A stretch of DNA of 64,000 nt. It comes from a virus. Made by a program: the position numbers and the translations under genes. The first letter of the stretch is position 1, and every line of letters starts with the position of its first letter. Shown in pieces: positions 10,273 through 19,357 of the stretch. The DNA is taken from positions 60,178 through 124,177 of IMG/VR virus record IMGVR_UViG_3300017725_000001. The stretch is one strand, 5' to 3'. Below the pieces are notes generated by a model, which saw only the letters and a list, made by a program, of their open reading frames with translations, searched no databases and was not told where the DNA came from.

Positions 10273-10303
10273 TTATTGCTCCTTTATTTCTAACTATACT
10301 TAC

Positions 10304-10332
10304 AGTTTACAGTAAGACGTCTTATATGTCAA
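10304..10332 (-). promoter_or_regulatory. Sigma70-type early promoter with palindrome in spacer
   Basis: TTGACA-17-TAAACT; TAAGACGTCTTA palindrome at 10313-10324. Confidence 0.65.
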
Positions 10333-10396
10333 CCTTATTCAGCAGAAAAAAACCCTTAAAAATCAAGGACTTACATCTTTTTTTGTTTTTTGTTGA

Positions 10397-11599
10397 TTAT
10401 TTTCCGGAAAAATGCTTGAAATTATCGTAGTAAAGAGCTAGTGTTGCCCATATAGCATCGGGATAAAGATTAGTATATTTGTTTCCAGTCTTTTTATAGT
10501 GTTCCCATACAGTTTCACTCATATCCATATCTGTATATTCTTTCCAGAAACTTGTATCGTCTCTGTTAGATAATGCATAGTGATGTAATATGTAATCACT
10601 GTTTTCTTTCCAAACTCTGTTGATCATTCTATTGTAAGTTTTGGCGTCATATTCGCGTTTTAAGCACTCTACAAGCGTCGTAATACTATATTGTATCATA
10701 AACAATGCATTTGATTCTAATGGGTCAATAAAGCCTTGACTAAGCCCTATAGCAACCGTATTGCCTGCCCATGGATTCTTTAACCAATTAGGATTCCATT
10801 TAATATTACGTGGTTGTTTACCCATAAATGGTGTTAAGTCTTTTGTATAATCTTTAAACTCTTCTAGTGCATCTTCATTACTAATATGCTTATCACTATA
10901 AACATAACCAGTACCAATACGAGAAGTTAATCCAATTTTAAATTGCCAACCATAATCACGTGCTATACTTCTAGTATATGGAATATGTTCATCTAGCTCA
11001 AACGGACAAACCCAAGCACTATTAACTAAATGCTTTTCATGTATTTCTACTTCAGTTTTATCGTTGACAAATTGTCTACGGAAACCTGTACAATCAATAT
11101 ATAAGTCATACCCCTCTGGTCTTTTATCAAGTGTTTGTACAATATGTTTTACATTTTTACAATTTTCTTTTACTATACGCCCTGCTTCTTCTGCGTGTAA
11201 ATGATATGCTACTGCTCTCCAACCTTTGGCATCATACAGTTCTTCGTTGATTTGATGTTTTGTAACTTCACCTGCTTTGTACTTCTTATACCAATCTTCA
11301 AATACATTATCATCATTAAACCAAAATGTAAATTTAAATTCATCACCATCTGGTTTATCCCAACCTTGTTTTATATTACCATGTTTGTGTATAGCATCAC
11401 ATTTTGACATCCATGTTTCTTCTTGCATACCAAAACTATCAAAAAAAGTTTTGATCATAGGAAGTGTACTTTCACCTACGCCAACTATTGGTATATCACT
11501 ACTTTCAATAAGTGTTATATCATAATCTGGAAAGTTATGCTCTATGTAACCAGCGGCCCACCATCCTGTAGTTCCGCCTCCTATGATGCAAATCTTCAT
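10397..11599 (-). CDS. Flavin-dependent (tryptophan-type) halogenase
   Basis: GGGTTG FAD motif, IVGVGEST, Lys in HKHGNIKQGW, YIDCTGF, GWQFKI (WxWxI variant), FIDPLESN. Confidence 0.85.
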   Translation of the reverse strand: MKICIIGGGTTGWWAAGYIEHNFPDYDITLIESSDIPIVGVGESTLPMIKTFFDSFGMQEETWMSKCDAIHKHGNIKQGWDKPDGDEFKFTFWFNDDNVFEDWYKKYKAGEVTKHQINEELYDAKGWRAVAYHLHAEEAGRIVKENCKNVKHIVQTLDKRPEGYDLYIDCTGFRRQFVNDKTEVEIHEKHLVNSAWVCPFELDEHIPYTRSIARDYGWQFKIGLTSRIGTGYVYSDKHISNEDALEEFKDYTKDLTPFMGKQPRNIKWNPNWLKNPWAGNTVAIGLSQGFIDPLESNALFMIQYSITTLVECLKREYDAKTYNRMINRVWKENSDYILHHYALSNRDDTSFWKEYTDMDMSETVWEHYKKTGNKYTNLYPDAIWATLALYYDNFKHFSGK

Positions 11600-11600
11600 A

Positions 11601-12095
11601 TTAATAATTTCCTATACTTTTTATTCTTGTCAGATGTCTACCACCTTCAAATTTAGTAGTAAAAAATGCTTCGCATATTTTCTTTGCTTGAGCAAAACTT
11701 GTAAAATCTGCACCTAAACATAATACATTAGCGTCATTATGTTTACGAGACATTTCTGCTTCTTTTGCACTTCTACATACTACAGACCTTATTAACGGAT
11801 GCCTGTTAGTTGCTATTGACATACCAAAACCAGATCCACATATAAGTATACCTGCATTGTATACTTGCCATCCTGCTTTTATTTTATCTGGTGTTGCATA
11901 ATCTTTTAAAAAGGTTTCAACTACTCTAGGATAGTTAACTTTCTTTTTATCGTCGTATGGTCCAATATCATGAAATAGATCTATATTAAATCTAGTTCCA
12001 ATATCGCTATCAATTGGTATTAACCATTTTGATATTTGATCTTTTAGTTTCATTCCTCTATGGTCTGATCCTATGGATAGACTAATTTGTTTCAT
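11601..12095 (-). CDS. rpiB: Ribose-5-phosphate isomerase B
   Basis: IGSDHRG, ILICGSGFGMS, RKHNDANVLCLG, FEGGRH..R motifs. Start reassigned to ATG 12095 (AGGAG RBS). Confidence 0.9.
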   Translation of the reverse strand: MKQISLSIGSDHRGMKLKDQISKWLIPIDSDIGTRFNIDLFHDIGPYDDKKKVNYPRVVETFLKDYATPDKIKAGWQVYNAGILICGSGFGMSIATNRHPLIRSVVCRSAKEAEMSRKHNDANVLCLGADFTSFAQAKKICEAFFTTKFEGGRHLTRIKSIGNY

Positions 12096-12111
12096 AAAAT
12101 CTCCTATATGA

Positions 12112-13080
12112 TTATTTAGTGATTTGTCTTTCAAATTCACGTAAACGTTTATATACACTTGCAAGTTCAATAATTGTAGGCCATGCTTTAAGTAAATATT
12201 GCAACGACCCTTCTACTCTTCCAAATGCTCTTATTATTTGTTGCATAACGCCAAGTGTTACTACACCTGCAACAATGGCTGGTGCTAAAAATACATAAGC
12301 AGATAAAACATTAGCTTGTAAATAAGCAATTCTGCCTACATTAAAATATAAGTATCTTATATATGATTTAAAGTGAATTGTTCTAACGTCTGCAAATAAT
12401 TCATCTATTCTTTTTGGTCTAACAGTATCGTCATCTTCTGCTATAACTAGTATCTTTCTATAGGCCGCTTCTTTCTTTTGTAGATCATATTCTACACCCA
12501 CGAGTCTAAGTAGCCATCCTAGTCCTATTAAAAATAAAGTGCCTCCAACACTCCATACTATTGCACCTGTAATCAATCCGTACTGCCAATCTCCAAAGAA
12601 GAAGATAGGAATACCTACTGATAGTCCAAATAATATAGGTACAAACTGTACCATAACCATAATTGATTCAATTAAACTTGTACCAAGTGATTCCATTATT
12701 CTGGAAAACTTAATAGTATCTTCTTGAACCCTTTGTGCCGCTCCTTCAATTTTTCTTGCTTTATCATATACTGCATGATACCACTCTACCATTGCAGTTC
12801 TCCATCTAAATAAGAAGTGTGCAGTAAAATAACTTATCACTACTGCTAGTGCGACATATATCATTGCTAGATATATAAAAGTTCCTAAACTAGCCCAATA
12901 CTCACCTATAGTGATTGCATTAGGTGTAGCTAGTGCTTTTTGGATCATATCGTAAAATTGGCCAAACCATTCGTTTATTTTGACATCAATTTTAACTTGA
13001 ACCCATAATGATGATAAAATGATTGCTGAACCTATCCAAGCCCATAGTAACCATTTTCTTTCTGTGTAAAATCTAAACAT
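12112..13080 (-). CDS. sbmA: SbmA/BacA-family peptide transporter
   Basis: INEWFGQFYDMIQKAL, FRWRTAM, IEGAAQRVQEDT, EAAYRK.LV.AED motifs; multiple TM segments. Confidence 0.85.
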   Translation of the reverse strand: MFRFYTERKWLLWAWIGSAIILSSLWVQVKIDVKINEWFGQFYDMIQKALATPNAITIGEYWASLGTFIYLAMIYVALAVVISYFTAHFLFRWRTAMVEWYHAVYDKARKIEGAAQRVQEDTIKFSRIMESLGTSLIESIMVMVQFVPILFGLSVGIPIFFFGDWQYGLITGAIVWSVGGTLFLIGLGWLLRLVGVEYDLQKKEAAYRKILVIAEDDDTVRPKRIDELFADVRTIHFKSYIRYLYFNVGRIAYLQANVLSAYVFLAPAIVAGVVTLGVMQQIIRAFGRVEGSLQYLLKAWPTIIELASVYKRLREFERQITK

Positions 13081-13171
13081 ATTGTTTTCCTTATATTATG
13101 TGGGTATATAATATTTATCCATATCACATTGGGTTCAAAAGGCATAAATACAACATAACAAGGAAAACCAT

Positions 13172-14242
13172 ATGCCACGTTTTACACTATATAAGCCTTA
13201 TAAAGGTAATGATTACAAATTCATGGACAGAACTATACGAGAACAGTTCGATATAGGCGGTACGGCTATACACGTCCATAAGTATTTGGGTCCACAACCT
13301 CAACAAGGCAATAATGATCCTAGTGAGCCGAACTACGGCAGTGGTTTAGAAATAGACAATACAACCGGAGAAGAAATAAATCCAGAAGGTATAATTGATG
13401 AAACAAATATTCAAGACTTACTGTTTATGGAAAATAGAGATCGTAAATATGATCCTGATATTTTTGATCTTCGTGGAGTATATAATGTTAGTGACAATGA
13501 CTTTGATTTAACTCAATTTGGATTATTCTTAACCAACGATACTTTGTTTATAAGTTTTCATATCAATGATATGGTAGAAAAATTAGGTAGAAGATTAATG
13601 CCAGGTGATGTTATTGAATTGCCTCATTTAAGAGATGAACTTTTATTAAGCAACGACAGAGATGCTATTAATAAATTTTATGTAGTTCAAGATGCCGCTA
13701 GGGGTAGTGAAGGATTTTCACAGACTTGGTATCCACATATTTGGAGAATTAAAGTAGCACCATTAACAGATACACAAGAATACAAAGATATACTTGGTAG
13801 TGCTAAAGATCCAGGAAGCCTTAAAAATAAAGTTAGTGCTTACAAAACAGAACTTAATATCAGTAATGCTATTGTGAAAAGTGCTGAAGAAGCTGATCCA
13901 TTAGGTTTGCCACTTGCTGAACATTTATTTGGCCAAGAAGAAGTTGATAACGAATACAAACACGGTGAAGCTTTACAACAAGGTGACCAGTTTCCAGGAA
14001 ATCCCAAAGATGGAGAATATTTTATTAGAACAGACTTTACTCCTAATAGACTATTTGTAAGACGTGGAAGCAAATGGCATAGATTATATGACAATGTTAC
14101 TGAACAAACTTGGAGTGATAGAACTTACAATGCTAGTAGCTTTATTAATAATAAGGCTACAACAATTATTGACGATCAAGAGTTTCCAGAACGTCAGCCT
14201 CTATCCCAAGTTATTAAACCAAAAAGTGATTTTAACAAATGA
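13172..14242 (+). CDS. Neck/head closure protein (gp14-like)
   Basis: IQDLLFMENRDRKYD, LTQFGLFL, PGDVIELPHL motifs; late promoter at 13144. Confidence 0.75.
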   Translation: MPRFTLYKPYKGNDYKFMDRTIREQFDIGGTAIHVHKYLGPQPQQGNNDPSEPNYGSGLEIDNTTGEEINPEGIIDETNIQDLLFMENRDRKYDPDIFDLRGVYNVSDNDFDLTQFGLFLTNDTLFISFHINDMVEKLGRRLMPGDVIELPHLRDELLLSNDRDAINKFYVVQDAARGSEGFSQTWYPHIWRIKVAPLTDTQEYKDILGSAKDPGSLKNKVSAYKTELNISNAIVKSAEEADPLGLPLAEHLFGQEEVDNEYKHGEALQQGDQFPGNPKDGEYFIRTDFTPNRLFVRRGSKWHRLYDNVTEQTWSDRTYNASSFINNKATTIIDDQEFPERQPLSQVIKPKSDFNK

Positions 14243-15600
14243 GCCAACAATACTTTTATGATAAACAAATAAGAAGATACATTCAACAATTTATAAGATT
14301 GTTTAGTGGCTTCAGTGTACAAATGGGTAAAAATGAAGAATCAGGTCTTCCAGTATTTCATAAAGTTCCAGTACGTTATGGTGATATAAACAGAATGGCG
14401 GCTCACATAACAAGAGAGAACAGTGAAAACATTATGAATACTGTTCCATTTATAAGTTGTTATGTAACAAATTTAAATTTAGTACCAGAAAGACGTACAT
14501 ATCAAGATCATGTAGATAAAGTTCAAGTATACGAAAAAAAGTATGACCAAACTACTGGAGAATATAAAAACGAAAAAGGCAATAGCTATACTGTAGAACG
14601 TCATGCTCCAGTTCCTTACATAATGCAAATGAACGCAGATGTATGGTCATCAAATACAGATCAAAAATTACAGTTACTAGAACAAATGCTTGTTTTATTT
14701 AATCCTACATTAGATATTAGAACAAATGCTAGTCCACTAGACTGGACTGCGTTATCTCACGTAGAACTTACTAATACTACCTGGAGTACAAGAAGTGTTG
14801 GATCAAGTATTGACGATATTATTGATGTAGCTACAATGTCATTTGATATACCAGTTTATATAAATCCTCCTGCAAAGGTAAAACAACAAAAACTAATTCA
14901 TACGATTATAAGTGAACTTTATAACTTAGATGATGAAAACTTAGATCTATTTAAAGCTGAACAACCATTTAATAACGAAACTTTACAATATACAGTTGTA
15001 ACATATGAAGATAGAAAAGTAAAATATGAAAACAACAACCTTCAACTATTAAATGCTAATGGAAGCAATTTAGATGATGACGGTAATGTATTAGAATGGG
15101 CCAAAGAACTTACTCCATTTGGAGTATTACGACCTGGAATAAGTCAACTAAGACTTAGAAAATCAAAAGATCCAGGTGCTAAAGATGAAGATATTATAGG
15201 ACGATTAGACGAACATCCAAGTGATCCTAATTTACTAATCGTAGATATTGATCCTTCAACTTTACCTACTAATACACTAAATGCCGTAAATGCTATTTTA
15301 GATCCATCAATTAATTATCCAGGCGATGGAACTGTTCCTAGTGCTGTCACTGGACAACGTTACATACTAATTAATCCTATTCCTTCTACACCAATATGGA
15401 GTGGGTTAGTAGCTAATAAATATGATGTTATTGAATATAACGGTTCAACTTGGAATGTTAGTTTTGATAGCAGTAGTGTAAGTGATACCCAACACGTTAC
15501 AAACTTATCAAGTAGCGACCAACTAGAGTGGAATGGTTCAGAGTGGGTTAATAGTTATGAAGGCGTATATAATGCAGGTTTCTGGAGACTTTACTTATAG
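14239..15600 (+). CDS. Tail sheath stabilizer/terminator (gp15-like)
   Basis: YFYDKQIRRYI.QF.R.FS, VPV.YG, QKLQLLEQ...LFNP motifs. Confidence 0.8.
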   Translation: MSQQYFYDKQIRRYIQQFIRLFSGFSVQMGKNEESGLPVFHKVPVRYGDINRMAAHITRENSENIMNTVPFISCYVTNLNLVPERRTYQDHVDKVQVYEKKYDQTTGEYKNEKGNSYTVERHAPVPYIMQMNADVWSSNTDQKLQLLEQMLVLFNPTLDIRTNASPLDWTALSHVELTNTTWSTRSVGSSIDDIIDVATMSFDIPVYINPPAKVKQQKLIHTIISELYNLDDENLDLFKAEQPFNNETLQYTVVTYEDRKVKYENNNLQLLNANGSNLDDDGNVLEWAKELTPFGVLRPGISQLRLRKSKDPGAKDEDIIGRLDEHPSDPNLLIVDIDPSTLPTNTLNAVNAILDPSINYPGDGTVPSAVTGQRYILINPIPSTPIWSGLVANKYDVIEYNGSTWNVSFDSSSVSDTQHVTNLSSSDQLEWNGSEWVNSYEGVYNAGFWRLYL

Positions 15601-15649
15601 TTGTGATGACCCACACGACGATTGTTCACATTGGATAACAAAAATATGA
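15572..15649 (+). CDS. Putative 25-aa micropeptide MQVSGDFTYSCDDPHDDCSHWITKI
   Basis: ATG with GAAGG upstream; stop overlaps the NUDIX start as ATGA. Below the ORF track cutoff. Confidence 0.4.
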   Translation: MQVSGDFTYSCDDPHDDCSHWITKI

Positions 15650-16077
15650 TTACAGCCGCAGGATGTATATTTCTTAGCACAGATACAGGAAGAGTTATGC
15701 TTCAACACCGTAGTGGTGAAGTTAACCACCCTAGAACGTGGGGCTTCTTTGGAGGAAAATCAGATAATAATGAAAAACCAATTGATACGTTGTATAGAGA
15801 AATTGAAGAAGAACTAGGATTAGTTCCGGATATTAAAAAAGTTATACCTATTAATAAATTCACAAGTCCTAACAAAAAATTTATATACCATAGTTTTGTT
15901 GTAACTGTAGAAGAAGAGTTTATTCCTATACTGAATAATGAAAGTGATGGTTATTGTTGGGTTAAAATAGGTAATTGGCCTAGACCATTACACCCTGGTG
16001 CTAAAATACAATGTAATTCAAAACAATTTATAAAGAAAATAAAAACTGTGTTCGAGCAACACTCTACGAAGTTATAA
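15646..16077 (+). CDS. NUDIX hydrolase
   Basis: GGKSDNNEKPIDTLYREIEEELG Nudix box. ATG at 15646 preferred over the upstream TTG. Confidence 0.85.
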   Translation: MITAAGCIFLSTDTGRVMLQHRSGEVNHPRTWGFFGGKSDNNEKPIDTLYREIEEELGLVPDIKKVIPINKFTSPNKKFIYHSFVVTVEEEFIPILNNESDGYCWVKIGNWPRPLHPGAKIQCNSKQFIKKIKTVFEQHSTKL

Positions 16078-16777
16078 TACCCATTTCTTTTCTAGTAAAC
16101 ATTTCATCTAAGAAAGCATTATAAACTTCTTCATTATCATTTTTGTGTATTTTATCAAAATCTGGATCAAGTTCCATTATTTCTGATATAGTTCTTATAT
16201 CTGTGGATAAGCCTAATTGTGTTACTGCTTCTTTCCAACCAGCATAACGTTTTAAATCAAAGAAATCTTTTATATTATTATTTTCTATACCAATTTGTTG
16301 CATCATTCTATCATCATCAACATACCACGTATAATTTGGAAAGTATATATCCCAACCGCCTACGTGATGCCACCATTCAAAACATTCTTTATCTTTTTCA
16401 TAAAACGACCACATAGTAGCTTTTGGAAACATTTGTCTTAGTTGAGGTAAGTGATATGCAAACCAATGACTCTTAATAATCTTCTTTCCTGTATCCCAAT
16501 CAGCAAACGGTTCTTTAAATTCTTTTAATACTTCTTCTTTAGATAGTGTGTTAAGTTTATCAAACTTATGTCCATATTGATTATGTGGACCCCAATATGC
16601 ACCCCTATGCCAACCAATTACTTTACCTTCTGCATCTCTTTTTTCATAAACACGTCTAGGTGTGTTATCAGTCATATTAATATCTTTACATATAAGACTT
16701 AATAAACGTATAACTCCACTCCATCTAGAACCTGGAGCTCCTGTTACTATAATTAGATCTTCACCTTGATAATTCAT
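16064..16777 (-). CDS. Sulfotransferase-like / P-loop-like protein
   Basis: N-terminal VTGAPGSRWSG and IIKSH motifs resemble the PAPS-binding loop of sulfotransferases. Confidence 0.45.
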   Translation of the reverse strand: MNYQGEDLIIVTGAPGSRWSGVIRLLSLICKDINMTDNTPRRVYEKRDAEGKVIGWHRGAYWGPHNQYGHKFDKLNTLSKEEVLKEFKEPFADWDTGKKIIKSHWFAYHLPQLRQMFPKATMWSFYEKDKECFEWWHHVGGWDIYFPNYTWYVDDDRMMQQIGIENNNIKDFFDLKRYAGWKEAVTQLGLSTDIRTISEIMELDPDFDKIHKNDNEEVYNAFLDEMFTRKEMGIITS

Positions 16778-17570
16778 TAATAATTTTCTCTGTTAAATAT
16801 TTGTGTGTTTTTGGACCAGGATGTGTTTGATCTCTAGCCAGGTCTATCATTTCTTCTTGTGTGTAATATATTGATTTAATATCTTTTGGCTCGTAATCAT
16901 AAAACCAATGCTTTCGTCTTTCATTAGGTTGTAGTATAAAATACTTTGAATTTGGAAATGTTTGTTTTAATGCTAGTTCGAACATTTTAAATATTTTACC
17001 ATTACTGTTTTTAAAAGTTTCTCTTACTTCTTTTACTACTTTTGTATCTTTTTCTTTTGGTATCCAATAACGCATAAGCCAATTGGTATCATTTATACCC
17101 CAGAAGTCATTTAATATAATATACTTTGGATTTAAGTTTGTCAAGTCAAATAACTTATCTGCCATATCTGTAAGAGTATCAAAGTCACTTAAATTGAAAT
17201 GATCTAATCCAAGTTCTTTTGAAACTAAATAAGGTATTGATTTTTCATATGGTAATCCTGTACCAAGTAGTAAACTTGATCCTGCAAATAGTATTCCTAT
17301 ATTGGTTAAATCATCTGGTCCTCTATATCCATATTTGTTCCATGTATACTCAAAGTCTAATTTTGGATCGTTATCCCAATCAAGTTCTTGTATAGCACCA
17401 TGTGTAAAATGATCTGATCCACCTTCACCTACTTTACACTTGTTTCCTGTATCATGTCTTCCGTAATACTTTGTACTAGTATTTGGTTCTCTTATTTGTT
17501 TTTCAGGCCTTAGTGTTTGTTTGTAGTGATATCGTGAGTCTTGTTTATCTGGAAAGTCTTTTTCTATCAT
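16761..17570 (-). CDS. SGNH/GDSL hydrolase-like protein (acyl-esterase or acyltransferase)
   Basis: NKYGYRG, FAGSSLLLGTG block I, C-terminal DQTHPG (DxxH). Confidence 0.6.
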   Translation of the reverse strand: MIEKDFPDKQDSRYHYKQTLRPEKQIREPNTSTKYYGRHDTGNKCKVGEGGSDHFTHGAIQELDWDNDPKLDFEYTWNKYGYRGPDDLTNIGILFAGSSLLLGTGLPYEKSIPYLVSKELGLDHFNLSDFDTLTDMADKLFDLTNLNPKYIILNDFWGINDTNWLMRYWIPKEKDTKVVKEVRETFKNSNGKIFKMFELALKQTFPNSKYFILQPNERRKHWFYDYEPKDIKSIYYTQEEMIDLARDQTHPGPKTHKYLTEKIINELSR

Positions 17571-18520
17571 ACTTTTATAATTCTGTTAGGATCTGGGTTA
17601 TCAATCATATGTTGTACTTTATCACTTACAAAGCCTGTAAATTGAAATGTTACTCTTGGAGTAAATCCAAAGTTGGCTGTACCATGTGGCATATTACACC
17701 AATCGTAAGTTATACAAGTACCTGCTTTATATCCTTGATGGTAAGTGTTACCAAACTGCCATACATGACCATAATCCCAATCTTGTAAATGAACTAGGAA
17801 TCTTCTTAATTTTAAAGGATTCTTGTCTGCACCTGCATCAGTCCATACTTTACGCCAACCTGGTCTTGCATATCTCATTTGTTGATCAATATGTATAGGT
17901 GTAACTTGTCCTAATTTTTGTATATGCATTCTTGACTGATGTACTTCTACTTCTAATGTATCAATCATTCGTAATAATATTTCATACTCTGGTGCAGGGT
18001 TACGTTGAGCATAATAATTCTCTTCACCTTCTTTAAACCTACTTCTTACAATCATATCATGATACATACTACTTACATCTTCTTTACCAGATGCATTTAG
18101 AACGTCTTGTATCTCACCGTCATGCAAGTCTTTGTCTTGTTTGCTTAAATTTCTATTTCTATAGTTTCCTATAGTCATTTCTTTTGAATGTTCTACTGCA
18201 TATCTAACTGCTGGTTCAAAGTCTCCTTCAAATCTACAAGGTATTACAAAGGTTTCTTCGTTTGGATCTGCAAATGGATCAAAATGCCAATTAGCACGTA
18301 ATTTATTATGTTCCCATCTACTTGGAACCCCATCTACTTTAAAGATGTTATCCATCTTCTTATGTTCTTCCATTTGTTCGTCACTATACATTACTTTTTC
18401 GTATGACTCGTCTTGTTGCGTTACACCTTCTTGTTTTGTATGTTCTGCTTTTTTAACTGCATCAACTAAATCATCAATTTTTTCACCACTATAATAATTT
18501 TTATCTGTTTTTTCTTTCAT
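17567..18520 (-). CDS. 2OG-Fe(II) oxygenase-like protein
   Basis: GQVTPIHID...PHGTANFG..PRVTFQFTG motifs. Confidence 0.7.
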   Translation of the reverse strand: MKEKTDKNYYSGEKIDDLVDAVKKAEHTKQEGVTQQDESYEKVMYSDEQMEEHKKMDNIFKVDGVPSRWEHNKLRANWHFDPFADPNEETFVIPCRFEGDFEPAVRYAVEHSKEMTIGNYRNRNLSKQDKDLHDGEIQDVLNASGKEDVSSMYHDMIVRSRFKEGEENYYAQRNPAPEYEILLRMIDTLEVEVHQSRMHIQKLGQVTPIHIDQQMRYARPGWRKVWTDAGADKNPLKLRRFLVHLQDWDYGHVWQFGNTYHQGYKAGTCITYDWCNMPHGTANFGFTPRVTFQFTGFVSDKVQHMIDNPDPNRIIKV

Positions 18521-19107
18521 TATCTTTCCTTACAGTTTGGTAACGAATTTATAATTGTTTTAAGGTTAGCTTCAGTTAAATATAAGCTCATTAATATATG
18601 ATATATTCCACCTTCCATTGCAAAACTTCCATGTTGCTTACGAGTATTTAATACATACGGAACACCTGGTTTAAATTCTACACGTCTTTCTTCGTATAAA
18701 AAATTCCATTGATGTATTTCTGTTTTATTAAGTGGAATAAAAATTCTTATTTGTGGATTAAATCTAAATGCGTCTCTGTGCATAGTAAAGAAGCTACCAG
18801 CTTCTAATTTTACTGCTCTGCATCTAGCTAGGTCTGACCATTGTGTAAAAAAATCATATAATGCAGTACATTTTAATAAGTTTTCATTTACTGGTTGATC
18901 TTGCTCGTGTTTATTTTTATCTTCAAGTCCAAGTCCTTTTTCTGGACCTGTTAAGTTAATACCTTGTTTACCGTTAGGTCCTTTTTCCCATTCTAATCTC
19001 TCAAGTTCTTTTATTACTTGATCTGAATCTAACTTCTGGTTTAATTCTACTATATCGCCATAACTATTCAGTAGGGTTAATAGATTTATTGGATTTATAT
19101 CGTTCAT
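18520..19107 (-). CDS. Asp/Asn beta-hydroxylase-like oxygenase
   Basis: GSFFTMHRD, PGVPYVLNTRKQH; similar to 2194..2862. Confidence 0.7.
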   Translation of the reverse strand: MNDINPINLLTLLNSYGDIVELNQKLDSDQVIKELERLEWEKGPNGKQGINLTGPEKGLGLEDKNKHEQDQPVNENLLKCTALYDFFTQWSDLARCRAVKLEAGSFFTMHRDAFRFNPQIRIFIPLNKTEIHQWNFLYEERRVEFKPGVPYVLNTRKQHGSFAMEGGIYHILMSLYLTEANLKTIINSLPNCKER

Positions 19108-19357
19108 TTTTTGGTATCTCTCTTAATTTGTCCATTTTAGCAATATGTTCTATTCTCATAATTTGATGATACATTTTAATAACACCTTTAGGTGCATCTG
19201 CCTTCCATATCCAAGGAAATAATCCGTGTACTAAACTTTTAAATGCTATTACTAATAAAGACCATGTATTTTGAATACTATGCCACAAGTGATAAAAGTA
19301 GCCCCAACCTGTTTCTACTTTTAAATGATGAATTGCATTTCGAAACCATTGTGTCAT
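19064..19357 (-). CDS. Small membrane-associated protein, DUF6356-like
   Basis: HL...G.GY..HL....., VHGLFPWI pattern. Confidence 0.5.
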   Translation of the reverse strand: MTQWFRNAIHHLKVETGWGYFYHLWHSIQNTWSLLVIAFKSLVHGLFPWIWKADAPKGVIKMYHQIMRIEHIAKMDKLREIPKNERYKSNKSINPTE

